Shown piece by piece: positions 23,833 to 24,000 of a stretch of 24,000 bases of DNA (the first letter of the stretch is position 1; every line of letters begins with the position of its first letter). The stretch is from assembly GCA_007116645.1 (NCBI GenBank), contig SKIA01000001.1:9896-33895 (forward strand). The letters are read 5' to 3'. This stretch comes from Candidatus Woesearchaeota archaeon (lineage in GTDB: Archaea; Nanobdellota; Nanobdellia; Woesearchaeales; SKIA01). A program made the position numbers and the translations under genes. The notes under the pieces were generated by a model that did no database searches, had not been told where the DNA came from, and worked only from the letters and a program-made list of their open reading frames with translations.

Positions 23833-23979
23833 TTACGTTACCAGAGGAGGAATCGACTGATACCAGTTATAGACGATCAAGAAAAAAACGATTACTCCAA
23901 GCACAATTAGGATAAAACCTACCTTTGCTTGTAGTGAAATATTTGAGAATCCATCCTTGAGCGTGTCCCACAGTTCCAT
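23833..23979 (-). CDS. Small single-pass membrane protein (48 aa)
   Basis: This ORF is not in the ORF track. It encodes [48 protein letters not shown]. Its stop lies 14 nt upstream of the top6B GTG. Confidence 0.35.
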   Translation of the reverse strand: MELWDTLKDGFSNISLQAKVGFILIVLGVIVFFLIVYNWYQSIPPLVT

Positions 23980-24000
23980 AACGATTAACGAATATTCAAT

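Noticed and set aside
1-24000. Search for CRISPR arrays, IS elements or transposases, integrases and rRNA genes
   Set aside because: I found no regularly spaced 25-40-nt repeats, no transposase or integrase motifs and no rRNA-like sequence. The only repeats are the short ones reported above.

Overview
The window looks like a tightly packed archaeal chromosome segment. Evidence for an archaeal origin: topoisomerase VI subunits A and B, ABCE1, an archaeal-type AspRS, tRNA m1A methyltransferase TrmI, three intron-less tRNAs with no encoded CCA, and AT-rich TATA-like boxes about 25-30 nt upstream of most start codons. That spacing implies mostly leaderless mRNAs. I support about 35 genes. Recognisable ones: NTase-domain protein, MBL hydrolase, AspRS, ABCE1, TrmI, an AbrB/SpoVT-like protein translationally coupled to a 707-aa surface protein, tRNA-Arg(TCT), Nudix hydrolase, tRNA-Cys(GCA), DUF1761-like protein, MscL, MscS, a free-standing HTH-LAGLIDADG endonuclease, tRNA-Asn(GTT), YbaK-type deacylase, a frameshifted GNAT, and Top6A/Top6B. 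About a third of the coding capacity is orphan ORFs. No CRISPR array, transposase, integrase or rRNA was seen. Observations most worth follow-up: (1) a perfectly conserved 19-nt element sits exactly 30 nt upstream of each of two diverged tandem orphan paralogues, and the second paralogue is split at an ATGA junction; (2) a LAGLIDADG gene cassette is bracketed by imperfect direct repeats that include the 3' end of tRNA-Asn; (3) the last 17 nt of tRNA-Cys plus its oligo-T are duplicated 71 nt downstream; (4) tRNA-Arg ends 2 nt before the Nudix start codon; (5) a twice-repeated inverted-repeat motif lies upstream of the AbrB-like gene; (6) three small ORFs fall below the ORF-track cutoff, including a triple-CxxC microprotein. 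All functional calls come from motif recognition by eye. No database search was run.
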